Positions 35,624 to 44,941 of a DNA stretch of 64,000 nucleotides are shown piece after piece; position 1 is the first letter of the stretch, and each line of letters begins with the position of its first letter. Made by a program: the position numbers and the translations under genes. The notes below the pieces were generated by a model. The model was not told where the DNA came from and searched no databases. It was given only the letters and a program-made list of their open reading frames with translations. Origin of the DNA: an uncultured virus (IMG/VR IMGVR_UViG_3300020049_007132) (Duplodnaviria; Heunggongvirae; Uroviricota; Caudoviricetes; Crassvirales); IMG/VR virus record IMGVR_UViG_3300020049_007132, one strand, 5' to 3'.

Positions 35624-37961
35624 TTGGAAAACACACCTTATTGACCCTGAAAAAAAAGATGCCGTTTGGGGTAAGAATATCTTTGAGGTAAACAAGCCCA
35701 ATCTAAGGACTGCCTTTGCCTCAAGTGGATTTATTGGCACGTACTCACTTGACTTCGAGATGATACGTCAATATGCTAACGGAAATCAGCCAGAAGCAAT
35801 CTATAAAGTACAGTTTGACCCACAGGATAAGCAAGCAAAATATACAGGGCTTAATTGGGGTATTGCGCCGATTATACCAACACTTCGTTCAAGGGTGCTA
35901 AAGGAGATGGCAAGTGTGCCACAGGACGTTCTATGCGAGGCTATTGACCCGATAGCTAACAGTAAAAAGAACATGGACAAGTTGAGGCTAAAGGCTGAAC
36001 CGATAGTAAACAAGCAACTCAAGAAGTTTGCGTTAAAGATGGGACTACAGACACCCATGAAAGCAAACTATTCAAAGAAGATATTAAACACACCCTTTGA
36101 CAGCAGCACCGAATTTGAAAGTGATGAAGAAATAGACTTGCTGATGAGTAAAGAGGCAGGGTACTATAACTTCAATGTGGAGATGGCAAATGAGTTAGCT
36201 ATTAAATCCATACTTGAATACAACAACTTTTCAGAACTTTCACTATTATTAGATAAGGATGCCTTTGATTATGGGATGTGTGCATACCGTACCTATATGA
36301 ATGTGACAGATGGGATGCCTACGTTTCAATATTTACGCCCTGATAAAATTCATGTCGGTGGAAGTAAGTACGCTGATTACAGCGATGTTAATATGTGGTA
36401 CTACCCTGTTCCTGCCACCCTTGCAGACGTGAAAGATTATTTTGGTGATGACATAACCGAAGAAGATGCTAAAGCCATTTGGGAACAGTCAGGAAAAAGG
36501 CGACCATCTGATATTTCAACCTATCCAATAGGCTATACAAGTGATTGGAGGCATTGGAACTACGGTGATTTAATGAAGATTGAAGTGGATATGTTTTACT
36601 TCGAGGTAAAGACACAGGACGTATTGACCTATGAAGAAAGCATCACTAAGACAGGCGGTAAGAAATTAAAGAAAAAGCCATTTGACTATACCCCACCAAA
36701 GGACGGTGAAAAGAAATCCAAGAAAAACTTTTGGGCAGAGGTATGGTACAAAGGGTACTACATAACAGGGTTAAGCAGGGTGTACGGATGGGATAAAATC
36801 AGTAACATGCAAAGGGAGAAAGGCAAAGAACAGTTTTGCAAGCCTACCTTAAACATAAGAAAATATGCCGAAAAAGGATGGACTGAATACATGATTACAT
36901 GGGCTGATATGTTTCAGTTAAACTATCTGAAATTACAGCATGAAGTTCTAAAGGCAAAACCTAAAGGGTACTTTTTTAATTGGGATGCGATAAGCCAACC
37001 ATTCATAGGTAGCGATGGTACTATTTCAGCCGTTGACATGATTAAAATGTTTGAACAGACAGGTAGCGGACTTTATCATTCGATGGATGAATCGGGCGAA
37101 CCACTCATGGCTAATGCAAACGCTCCACACATGCCAGCCGAAAACGGTATCAGTGTAAACGCAAAACAGTATGCAGAGTACATGGCATTTGCCTATAATC
37201 AGATGGCAGAATGTATCGGCATGTCACCCACAGCAGAGGCGGTAAATCCTTCTGAAAGGTTAGGGTTAGGGGTACAACAAAATGCGATGGCAACAAGCAG
37301 CAACGCAAGGTTTTTGCTCATTGACGGAAAGCAGAAAATGATGGTAGCCAACGCAAAGTATGTGTCCTATTGCTTACAGGATATTGCAAAACACAACAAA
37401 ACAACATGGGAAAAGATAAAAGCAATGGTAGGTGTATATAACACCACTATCATTGAAAGCATGGATGATATACCATTACATGCCTTTGGTATCTATCCTA
37501 AAGACGTACCAAGCGAAGAACAAAAGAACTTCGTTAATCAGATTGTGTTACAGTCATACAACAAACCTGTTCCCGAAATAGATATAGAGGACGTTTTCAA
37601 TATTTTATTTATGAAAAACGTGAAATTGGCTATTCAGTTGTTCAATATGAAGCGTAAGAAAAAGCAACGTGAGTTAAGCAAGCAACAGGAACAAGCAATG
37701 CAAATGCAAATGCAACAAATGCAAATGCAAATGCAGCATAACGCACAACTTGAAACAAGCCTTAAACAAATCCCTGCATCAGCAAGTATTGAAGTGGCTA
37801 AAATTCAAAGTCAAGTTGCCTTGTTGATTGCGAAGATGGAAGAACAATCAGATACGCAAAAGAAATTGATAAGTGAAATCAATAAGGCTAATATCAAAGA
37901 TAAAGAGATGATGAACGAGCGTTTTTTGCAACAAAATGAGCCGTCTAAAAATGTTGCATGA
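35574..37961 (+). CDS. Portal protein (Crassvirales-like)
   Basis: 795 aa after TerL; YANGNQP..YK, PIIP, CEAIDP, WYKGYYI, MFEQTG; Q/M-rich C-terminal coil. Confidence 0.82.
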   Translation: MITTPDLTAGQPFNVNDWKTHLIDPEKKDAVWGKNIFEVNKPNLRTAFASSGFIGTYSLDFEMIRQYANGNQPEAIYKVQFDPQDKQAKYTGLNWGIAPIIPTLRSRVLKEMASVPQDVLCEAIDPIANSKKNMDKLRLKAEPIVNKQLKKFALKMGLQTPMKANYSKKILNTPFDSSTEFESDEEIDLLMSKEAGYYNFNVEMANELAIKSILEYNNFSELSLLLDKDAFDYGMCAYRTYMNVTDGMPTFQYLRPDKIHVGGSKYADYSDVNMWYYPVPATLADVKDYFGDDITEEDAKAIWEQSGKRRPSDISTYPIGYTSDWRHWNYGDLMKIEVDMFYFEVKTQDVLTYEESITKTGGKKLKKKPFDYTPPKDGEKKSKKNFWAEVWYKGYYITGLSRVYGWDKISNMQREKGKEQFCKPTLNIRKYAEKGWTEYMITWADMFQLNYLKLQHEVLKAKPKGYFFNWDAISQPFIGSDGTISAVDMIKMFEQTGSGLYHSMDESGEPLMANANAPHMPAENGISVNAKQYAEYMAFAYNQMAECIGMSPTAEAVNPSERLGLGVQQNAMATSSNARFLLIDGKQKMMVANAKYVSYCLQDIAKHNKTTWEKIKAMVGVYNTTIIESMDDIPLHAFGIYPKDVPSEEQKNFVNQIVLQSYNKPVPEIDIEDVFNILFMKNVKLAIQLFNMKRKKKQRELSKQQEQAMQMQMQQMQMQMQHNAQLETSLKQIPASASIEVAKIQSQVALLIAKMEEQSDTQKKLISEINKANIKDKEMMNERFLQQNEPSKNVA

Positions 37962-37968
37962 AAATAAA

Positions 37969-38001
37969 TTTGTTTATTTGAAATTAACTTTTTTATCTTT
38001 G
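37969..38001 (+). promoter_or_regulatory. Promoter upstream of head genes
   Basis: TTTG-N21-TATCTTTG. Confidence 0.65.
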
Positions 38002-38048
38002 GGTAATTGTTTATCTACTAACTAATAACCTTTTTATATGCAATCAGT

Positions 38049-39125
38049 TTGCTTACTAAGGAAATTATTGAACAATCAATAGCAGGAATACCGAAACAAA
38101 CTACGGTAACTGAAACCCCTGCCGCTACCCCTGATCTATACGAAGGTGTTAAAAATGTTCATGTTGACGTTCAACCTGCAAAGGAAACGAAAACTGGAAC
38201 AACTGCCACAGCAGATACTCCTCAATCCAATTCTGATTTACAGGCACTTTTAAAAGAACTTAACATTGGTTCAGTTGATGAACTAAAGAAAAAGTTTACT
38301 ACCCCTACGGAAGTAAAAGAGCCAAAGAAATCAAAGGAACAGGAACTAAGTGAAGCCCTTGACTTTGGTGTACGTAATCAAAAGTTGAAACTCGAAGATT
38401 ACAATAAAGCCGTTCAGTTGCAAGGCATCCCGCCTAAAGAATTGGTGTTTAAGAAATTTTCCGAAACGCTAAAAGAGAAAAATCCAAAGATTACGGACGA
38501 ACAGATACAAGCAAAGTTTGACCGTAAATATGGAGAGGAAGTAGAAAGTAATGAGTTTGACGAAGTAGGCAACCCAAAAAAGATGATAGCCTATGACGAA
38601 GATGAACTGCAATTTGAAGCAGAAAATATAATCAAGCAATCATGGCAGCCTATTGAGAGCATCAAAAAGGAATACGCCACACACACCGAAACGCAAAATT
38701 TTGTTTCCAAAGTACAAAAGGAAGCATCCGACTACGCATCCCAAATACCTTCCACAATCAAACTGTCAATAGGGGAGGATTCTATTGACTATGCCATTGA
38801 TGAAAAGACGAAGGAGAAAATAGCCGATGAATTTAGTAAGGCTTACATCTCAACACAGATTTATTTAAAGGACAAAGGCAAAACAAATGAGAATTTTAAT
38901 TTTGCCGCAACCCTTGAAAATGTAGTGTGGGGAGTAGCACGAAACAATATCATAGGCATCTACGCAAGCAATAAGGCTGAACAAACAAAGCATGAAACGC
39001 TAAAGCCCTTTGCTAATGCCGTAACCCAACCCTTAGAAACATTACGTCCCGATGCAGTGAAAAAGCCAATAGAAACTATTGAGCAAATCGCTGATCGCTT
39101 CGCTAAGAAACTAAAGGGTTTCTGA
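38049..39125 (+). CDS. Putative scaffolding/head assembly protein
   Basis: Acidic helical 358-aa protein between portal and capsid. Confidence 0.55.
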   Translation: MLTKEIIEQSIAGIPKQTTVTETPAATPDLYEGVKNVHVDVQPAKETKTGTTATADTPQSNSDLQALLKELNIGSVDELKKKFTTPTEVKEPKKSKEQELSEALDFGVRNQKLKLEDYNKAVQLQGIPPKELVFKKFSETLKEKNPKITDEQIQAKFDRKYGEEVESNEFDEVGNPKKMIAYDEDELQFEAENIIKQSWQPIESIKKEYATHTETQNFVSKVQKEASDYASQIPSTIKLSIGEDSIDYAIDEKTKEKIADEFSKAYISTQIYLKDKGKTNENFNFAATLENVVWGVARNNIIGIYASNKAEQTKHETLKPFANAVTQPLETLRPDAVKKPIETIEQIADRFAKKLKGF

Positions 39126-39167
39126 TTATCTATTTTTCTCTTAAAAGTAATCACAACTTAAAATACA

Positions 39168-40568
39168 ATGGCAAACCAAGTAGCCGACAATCTTACGATT
39201 GTTAATTCGATTTACTATGCTTTGGTGCATCCTACACAGGTTCACGCAGCATGGAACAGGGCAGCTTTCTCTGCATACGGAAAAAATACCCTCACAGGGT
39301 GGATGCAGATGAACTCTAAGCGTGTCCCTAAACCTGCAATGTCTTTCTTACACAATGAGAATGACAGGTTGCAGCTTCCTATTCAGGTAGGCGCAGCAAG
39401 TGGCGCAGCAGGAGCAGCCGTTTCAGTAACTATCACAAGTGCTGATTCATACCTCAATGCAGGTGCTTACGACCCTACACAGCCTGGATATAAACTGTTT
39501 GACGGTGTCAACACATACACCATTTCAGCAGTGAATACAGCCGTTGCGTATGCTCACGTAATGACCGTTACGCCTGACCTTTCAACGGTAGCTGTGAACT
39601 TCGCAGCAGGGCAAACGCTGTTTATCAACAAACAAGTGGCAGTACTTGAAGGTTCTTCTGCTTCTAAAAACTCTCTTTGGGGTGATGGTGTAACATTCAC
39701 TAACTACCTACAGGAGTTCCGCAGAGATATGAACTTTACAGGTCAATCCCTTGCACAGTTCTCACAGGACGTTACGTTCTTCGACTATCAAAATCCGTAC
39801 ACAGGCGAACCTGAAAAGGTTTGGAGCAAAGCGGAAATTGATCGTGTGATGCTCGAAATGACCAACAACAAAGAGGTCTATTGCATCACAGGACAAGCGG
39901 TAACAAACAGCGCAGTAAGTTCCGTTTACGGTTTGGGTACTACAGGTGTAATCCCTGCTATCAAAGCATGGGGTAACATTAAAAACTATTCCAAAGCCGC
40001 AGGATGGCAGATTGCCGACTACGAGGACATGACGATTGTTATGGAAAAAAATAACAGCGTTGACGAATACCTCGTTTGGAACGGTATTGAACTGTCAAAT
40101 GACCAACAACTTGCCATCAAAGATTTCTTCCCTAACGGTGCTATCACTTACGGAGCATTTGGTTCAGGTGGAAAAGAAGATGCGTTGAGTTTCGGTTTTG
40201 ATTCGTTCAGAGCCTTCGGACGTACCTTCCACATGCACAGAATGGAGATTTTCAACCGCCCTGATTTCTTGGGTGCAGCCTTCTCCACAAGTGGTTCTGA
40301 CTACATTGGTTCAGCAATCGTACTTCCCGCAGGTAAAGCGACAGGTGTAGGTGGTGGAAACAACGACTACATTCAGGTGGCAACTTTGGAAGGAAATGGA
40401 TTTGACTACGGCTACGACCATTGGGTTGTTGACGGTATGGGTTGGTTCTCCGGTCAAAAAGAGTTCCGTCCTACAGACCAAAGAGTAGTTCAGTTCTGTT
40501 TCGCCGATGCTTACGGTGTGGAAGTAAATGCTGCAAAGCAGTTGTTCTACATTCAGCGCACGAACTAA
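39168..40568 (+). CDS. Major capsid protein
   Basis: 466 aa; position after portal and scaffold; EGS...NYLQEFR..MNFTG, TTGVIPAI, GFDSF; visibly C-ending-biased codons as in highly expressed genes. Confidence 0.78.
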   Translation: MANQVADNLTIVNSIYYALVHPTQVHAAWNRAAFSAYGKNTLTGWMQMNSKRVPKPAMSFLHNENDRLQLPIQVGAASGAAGAAVSVTITSADSYLNAGAYDPTQPGYKLFDGVNTYTISAVNTAVAYAHVMTVTPDLSTVAVNFAAGQTLFINKQVAVLEGSSASKNSLWGDGVTFTNYLQEFRRDMNFTGQSLAQFSQDVTFFDYQNPYTGEPEKVWSKAEIDRVMLEMTNNKEVYCITGQAVTNSAVSSVYGLGTTGVIPAIKAWGNIKNYSKAAGWQIADYEDMTIVMEKNNSVDEYLVWNGIELSNDQQLAIKDFFPNGAITYGAFGSGGKEDALSFGFDSFRAFGRTFHMHRMEIFNRPDFLGAAFSTSGSDYIGSAIVLPAGKATGVGGGNNDYIQVATLEGNGFDYGYDHWVVDGMGWFSGQKEFRPTDQRVVQFCFADAYGVEVNAAKQLFYIQRTN

Positions 40569-40596
40569 ACAATTTAAACCAAAAAATAGATTATTT

Positions 40597-41478
40597 ATGA
40601 CAGCATCAACGATGATTTTCGATACGGCAATCAACCCCGAAACAAGTCCGTACTCACTACAGCGTGACCCGACAAAAAAGATCATTGACAACATTGAGTT
40701 CATTCCTGTGACAGATACCATCTTTGAAAAAGATGAAGCAGGAAAGCGGATAATGAAAAAAATCCGTTACATGGCAGAACACAACTCAATATATGTCGAA
40801 GATCAGATAAAGTCAGGTGTATCGCCAAAGTACGGTATGGGATTAAGTGGGGAAGAAAAGAAAAGCCGCAGCGATGTTATCATCTTAGAGAGAGGCAAAA
40901 TTACGGTTGACGGTGAAATGAAACCGAACCTTGTGGAGTACCTTCAAAAGTGCAACTTCAATGGTTCAAACCCCAATCGTGACCCTAAGAAAACAGTCCT
41001 CTTTTATTACAATGATGTGAAGGAGAAAGCCAAAAAGGAATACAGCAAATACAAATTGGTTGATAGGGCAAGGTCATTGGTTGCTTCACTTGAAGGTAAC
41101 ACCCGAAAGTTGATAGACGTAGCAATGTCCTTGCATCTTGATACCAACATGACAGAAGATCAGTTGCTGCTTTCCATGCGTAACAAGGCAGAATCAGACC
41201 CCGAACTAATCATTGGCATCATATCAGAGGACAAAGCAGAGATAGACCTTATAGTTCATAAGTGCCTTGAATATGGCATTATTGAGTTCACAGGGTTTGC
41301 TTACCGATACCCTAATGCAAAAGAAAATATCAAAGGCTTTTCAGGAAAACAGAAACCAGAGATAGCGTTTAAATCTTTTGTAAAATGGTTAGGTGAGGAT
41401 GAAGGACAGGGCGACCTCGCAACTCTAAGGAAGCTGATTGACAGGCATGAAAAAAAGTTGGCTGAAAAAGCCGCATAA
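40597..41478 (+). CDS. Conserved hypothetical protein downstream of capsid
   Basis: IRY...SIYVEDQ...L.EYL...NFN pattern; start moved to ATG 40597. Confidence 0.65.
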   Translation: MTASTMIFDTAINPETSPYSLQRDPTKKIIDNIEFIPVTDTIFEKDEAGKRIMKKIRYMAEHNSIYVEDQIKSGVSPKYGMGLSGEEKKSRSDVIILERGKITVDGEMKPNLVEYLQKCNFNGSNPNRDPKKTVLFYYNDVKEKAKKEYSKYKLVDRARSLVASLEGNTRKLIDVAMSLHLDTNMTEDQLLLSMRNKAESDPELIIGIISEDKAEIDLIVHKCLEYGIIEFTGFAYRYPNAKENIKGFSGKQKPEIAFKSFVKWLGEDEGQGDLATLRKLIDRHEKKLAEKAA

Positions 41479-41521
41479 AATCTTATCTAAAATTTAATTA
41501 AAACTCTAAATTCCAACGACA

Positions 41522-41899
41522 ATGAGTTTAAGAATAAAGGCGGGCATCCTCTTAAGAGATGCACAATATTATGGCGCACAGACTACTATCCCGTCTGATA
41601 ACTTTGATGTAGAAAGAATGACTAACATTCAGCATGGATGGCTTGAATCGTCAGGCGGCACAAGTGGCTTGGGTTCACCGTCCTATGTTACGTCCTTTAC
41701 TGAATCACCAACGGCACATACGACAAGTGCAAAGGTGGGAACACAGTTTTTCTATCAGGGTAAGTTCAATCAGATGGTGAGGTATTTCGTTTCCTGTAAT
41801 AGTGCAGAGTTTGAAACAGCACTTAGCACAACAACGAATGTGAACGTCTTGACAGCACTTGCGGTAGCAACAGGTTCAGGATACACACGTCAGAACTAA
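41522..41899 (+). CDS. Putative virion protein
   Basis: 125-aa S/T/G-rich protein at the end of the head operon. Confidence 0.55.
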   Translation: MSLRIKAGILLRDAQYYGAQTTIPSDNFDVERMTNIQHGWLESSGGTSGLGSPSYVTSFTESPTAHTTSAKVGTQFFYQGKFNQMVRYFVSCNSAEFETALSTTTNVNVLTALAVATGSGYTRQN

Positions 41900-41932
41900 G
41901 AGCCATAGATTGTTCATACATTCATCAAACAC

Positions 41933-41962
41933 AAGAGAGGGTAATAAACTGCCCTCTCTTTT
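41933..41962 (+). terminator. Intrinsic terminator
   Basis: AAGAGAGGG ... CCCTCTCTTTT. Confidence 0.7.
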
Positions 41963-41976
41963 AAAACTTTCCTTCG

Positions 41977-43611
41977 ATGGCTGCTGTTCCTATCAATAGT
42001 GCTACTACTAACTATTTTGATTATAGCGTTAGCTACGACTACTCAACAAGGCAGGTAACAATAAATGATACTTCGTCTTATGTTGGTGGTGGTGCTGCAA
42101 GTGTTGACCCGATAGCCTTTGTTATCACAACACCTACGCTGATTACTTCAAGTGGTACTATTACCCCTTCTGCTCCTGTTGCCTTAGTAAAGAACATGGG
42201 ACTGTTGGGGAATACTATTGTAGTAGGTACTTATACCGTCACAGGAACATTTACAGATGCAGATGATAGCGTCTATACACTTACCAAAACAACCAACCTT
42301 TGCTTGCCTTATCAAGATGCTACGGCATCAGGGGCTAACGGCACAGTAACATTAGGGTGGACGGTTCGTTGTATTGACAACCTTATCATTGTTGCAGATC
42401 AGACAAGTTTTGTGCTTACCGTAAATTCAACGGTTCTCACAGCAAGTTCAAAGACTTACGGCATCACTTGTGTTAATCCATTAGGTGTTGTCATTGCCGA
42501 TGACAGGAATATCCCGCAGTTTCAGATTACCCCGATAGTAAACGGTTCATACGCTATAACAATAGATGATGATGCGACCTTTACAGTAGGTGACAGCGTT
42601 ACCGTTACAGTACATTTTAAGCTGACAGGGGCGACAAAGAAAGCACAATGCAATATCAACCTTTGCGATGTGTATTGTGCCGTAGATAGCGTTTATATAG
42701 CATGGAAAGCGGTAAAAGGTACAGGTTCAAATACGGAACGTGAACTTTATTCAAAATGGACACAACTATCATTACTCATAGGACTTGCACAAGTGGCAAT
42801 ATCATGCGGTAATGACCTCGATACAATACTTACTCAAATTGAAGCCATAAGCGGTGTTAGCTGTCAATGTGGTTGTGGTATCACTAATGTAGATCAGGGT
42901 GTCAACGTAGCACTCGGTCAAAACATAGTAGTACAATCAGATGGTGGAGATATAACAGTCAATTCCACAACAGTAGGTAACACAACAACCTTTGGAATAA
43001 GTGATATTACCTATGTAGTAGAGATTGGCGCAGGTTCAGCCGCTTACCTCACAGTAACAGATGATACGGTAGGTGATACCACAACATTCACTATTGAATT
43101 TGACCTCGCAGAACTGAAAACAGCACTCGGAAACATAGTACTGTTCAATGACCAAACGGCATACCCACTTACCAACATAGGGCAATTTAATTCATACGCA
43201 ATATCAGCAGGTGAAATAGAAAATAACGGAGATCAGGTTGTCATTGATACATTCTTCTACTCATCCGCTTCCGTTGCTGATTCACCTACCGTTGCAATAC
43301 AGTTAAATGGGGTTTCGGTGTGGACGTATGCAATGCTTAGTGGAATACTCGGTGTAAAAGTTCAGTTCATCATCAATAGGGTTAGCGCATCATCTTCAAA
43401 GGTGACGGCTGATTATATTGTGTATGCAGCACCTACGGTAACAGTATATCCCGCATCAAGTCCTTCATCTGTTTTCATCATACCTACCACACTTGCTATT
43501 GACTTCACTTCGGCACTTACGGTAAGTACAAGGTTCACCGTTGATAGTGCTACTGCAATAACAATGACCAATGCAGGGCTTACAATTAAATATTTCCGTT
43601 TACAAACGTAA
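41977..43611 (+). CDS. Putative structural protein (beta-rich, Cys-containing)
   Basis: 544 aa, T/V-rich, with CNINLCDVYC and CQCGC. Confidence 0.6.
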   Translation: MAAVPINSATTNYFDYSVSYDYSTRQVTINDTSSYVGGGAASVDPIAFVITTPTLITSSGTITPSAPVALVKNMGLLGNTIVVGTYTVTGTFTDADDSVYTLTKTTNLCLPYQDATASGANGTVTLGWTVRCIDNLIIVADQTSFVLTVNSTVLTASSKTYGITCVNPLGVVIADDRNIPQFQITPIVNGSYAITIDDDATFTVGDSVTVTVHFKLTGATKKAQCNINLCDVYCAVDSVYIAWKAVKGTGSNTERELYSKWTQLSLLIGLAQVAISCGNDLDTILTQIEAISGVSCQCGCGITNVDQGVNVALGQNIVVQSDGGDITVNSTTVGNTTTFGISDITYVVEIGAGSAAYLTVTDDTVGDTTTFTIEFDLAELKTALGNIVLFNDQTAYPLTNIGQFNSYAISAGEIENNGDQVVIDTFFYSSASVADSPTVAIQLNGVSVWTYAMLSGILGVKVQFIINRVSASSSKVTADYIVYAAPTVTVYPASSPSSVFIIPTTLAIDFTSALTVSTRFTVDSATAITMTNAGLTIKYFRLQT

Positions 43612-43619
43612 CTGAATGA

Positions 43620-44324
43620 ATGGCTCTCAACGTAAATACAATTTTTACATATGTTCAGCAGGTAGCCTTCAAGGACATTTCTACAGGCTATCTTGACCCT
43701 ACCCAATTCAATACCTTTGCTAACATGGCAAACGTAGAGTTGTTCGGTAAGTATGCAGCCATCTATCAGGACACACAAAGAGTAACAGATAAGATTAAGC
43801 CGTTCATCAAAAAAAGCACACTTGCCGTTGATGAATATGGTCACATGGAATATCCCACAGACTATGTAGATAAAGTTGCCATACGTGCCTATGATATGGA
43901 TGCGATGAAGGCAGCAGCAGCCGTAGCCACAGAACAAGACCCAATCAACTACTACAAAATACCACAGATACAGGTAAAGACTATTGACAACAACAAGTTA
44001 GGTGCAAGGCTTACCTCAAATGTGGTACTACCAACAAACAAAAGACCGATTGCCGTATTCTATGATGACTTCGTGCAGTTTTATCCGATAGACACAAGTG
44101 CAGCATTCTTTGAATACCTAAGACAGCCTGATACCGTTGTTTGGGGATATACCACAGCAGCAAATGGACTTGAAGAGTATAATTCAGCGACAAGTGTAAA
44201 CTTTGAATGGGATTGGATGATGACCAATGAACTTGTGGCAACGATATGTTCATACTTCGGAATTTCAGTAAGGGAAGAACAGTTAGTACAAGGCGCACAG
44301 ATGATTAAACAACAACAGGCATGA
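43620..44324 (+). CDS. Head-tail ring/adaptor protein (Crassvirales-like)
   Basis: GYLDPTQFN.FAN.A, YLRQP...WGY; position before the tail genes. Confidence 0.65.
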   Translation: MALNVNTIFTYVQQVAFKDISTGYLDPTQFNTFANMANVELFGKYAAIYQDTQRVTDKIKPFIKKSTLAVDEYGHMEYPTDYVDKVAIRAYDMDAMKAAAAVATEQDPINYYKIPQIQVKTIDNNKLGARLTSNVVLPTNKRPIAVFYDDFVQFYPIDTSAAFFEYLRQPDTVVWGYTTAANGLEEYNSATSVNFEWDWMMTNELVATICSYFGISVREEQLVQGAQMIKQQQA

Positions 44325-44941
44325 AGGCTACACAGTTAGCAGAAGATATTTTCAGGATTTATTCAGGTGGTGACCCCGCCGATGAAAGCGGACTTGAACT
44401 TGCCGACTTCGAGGATGCCGTTCAATCAGCAAGGGCATTTAAGATAAAGATAGACTATTGGAATAGTGCAAGGGTGGAAGGTGAAAGAGTTATCAATCAG
44501 TCCTGGCTTGAAAATTTCGATAGCGTTCCTGTACTTCAAAACGCAACAACAAAGGCTTACTATTCAGTACTTCCAACACAGGTATTTGGAGATTTGCCAA
44601 AGGGTAGAGGGTTGTACCTTATTTGCCCGATACAGGATTTCACAAGTCCTTTCATGCCAATGACCATAGGTGAACAATGGCTATTTTCTACACTACCACA
44701 GGATAAGACTATCAGCTATTTCTTTGATTCAAAAAATGTAACATACGTAAGGTTTGACCCTGATATAGAGTTTGTGTTCATGTCATACATACCACTAAAT
44801 TCAGATTTCATACCTGATGAAGTAGCACATGAGATAAGTGAGTTGGTACTGAATAAGTTTTTGAAACCTAAACAAGTAGGAGTGTTACTTGACAAGCTAA
44901 CGAATAATAATCCAAATCAGGTAGAAACAAATGTGGGCTGA
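44321..44941 (+). CDS. Putative tail ring protein
   Basis: 206 aa, ATGA-coupled to the adaptor gene. Confidence 0.5.
   Translation: MKATQLAEDIFRIYSGGDPADESGLELADFEDAVQSARAFKIKIDYWNSARVEGERVINQSWLENFDSVPVLQNATTKAYYSVLPTQVFGDLPKGRGLYLICPIQDFTSPFMPMTIGEQWLFSTLPQDKTISYFFDSKNVTYVRFDPDIEFVFMSYIPLNSDFIPDEVAHEISELVLNKFLKPKQVGVLLDKLTNNNPNQVETNVG

Noticed and set aside
37690..37740. (ATGCAA)n micro-repeat in the portal gene
   Set aside because: It encodes a low-complexity Q/M coil, which is ordinary for portal C-termini.
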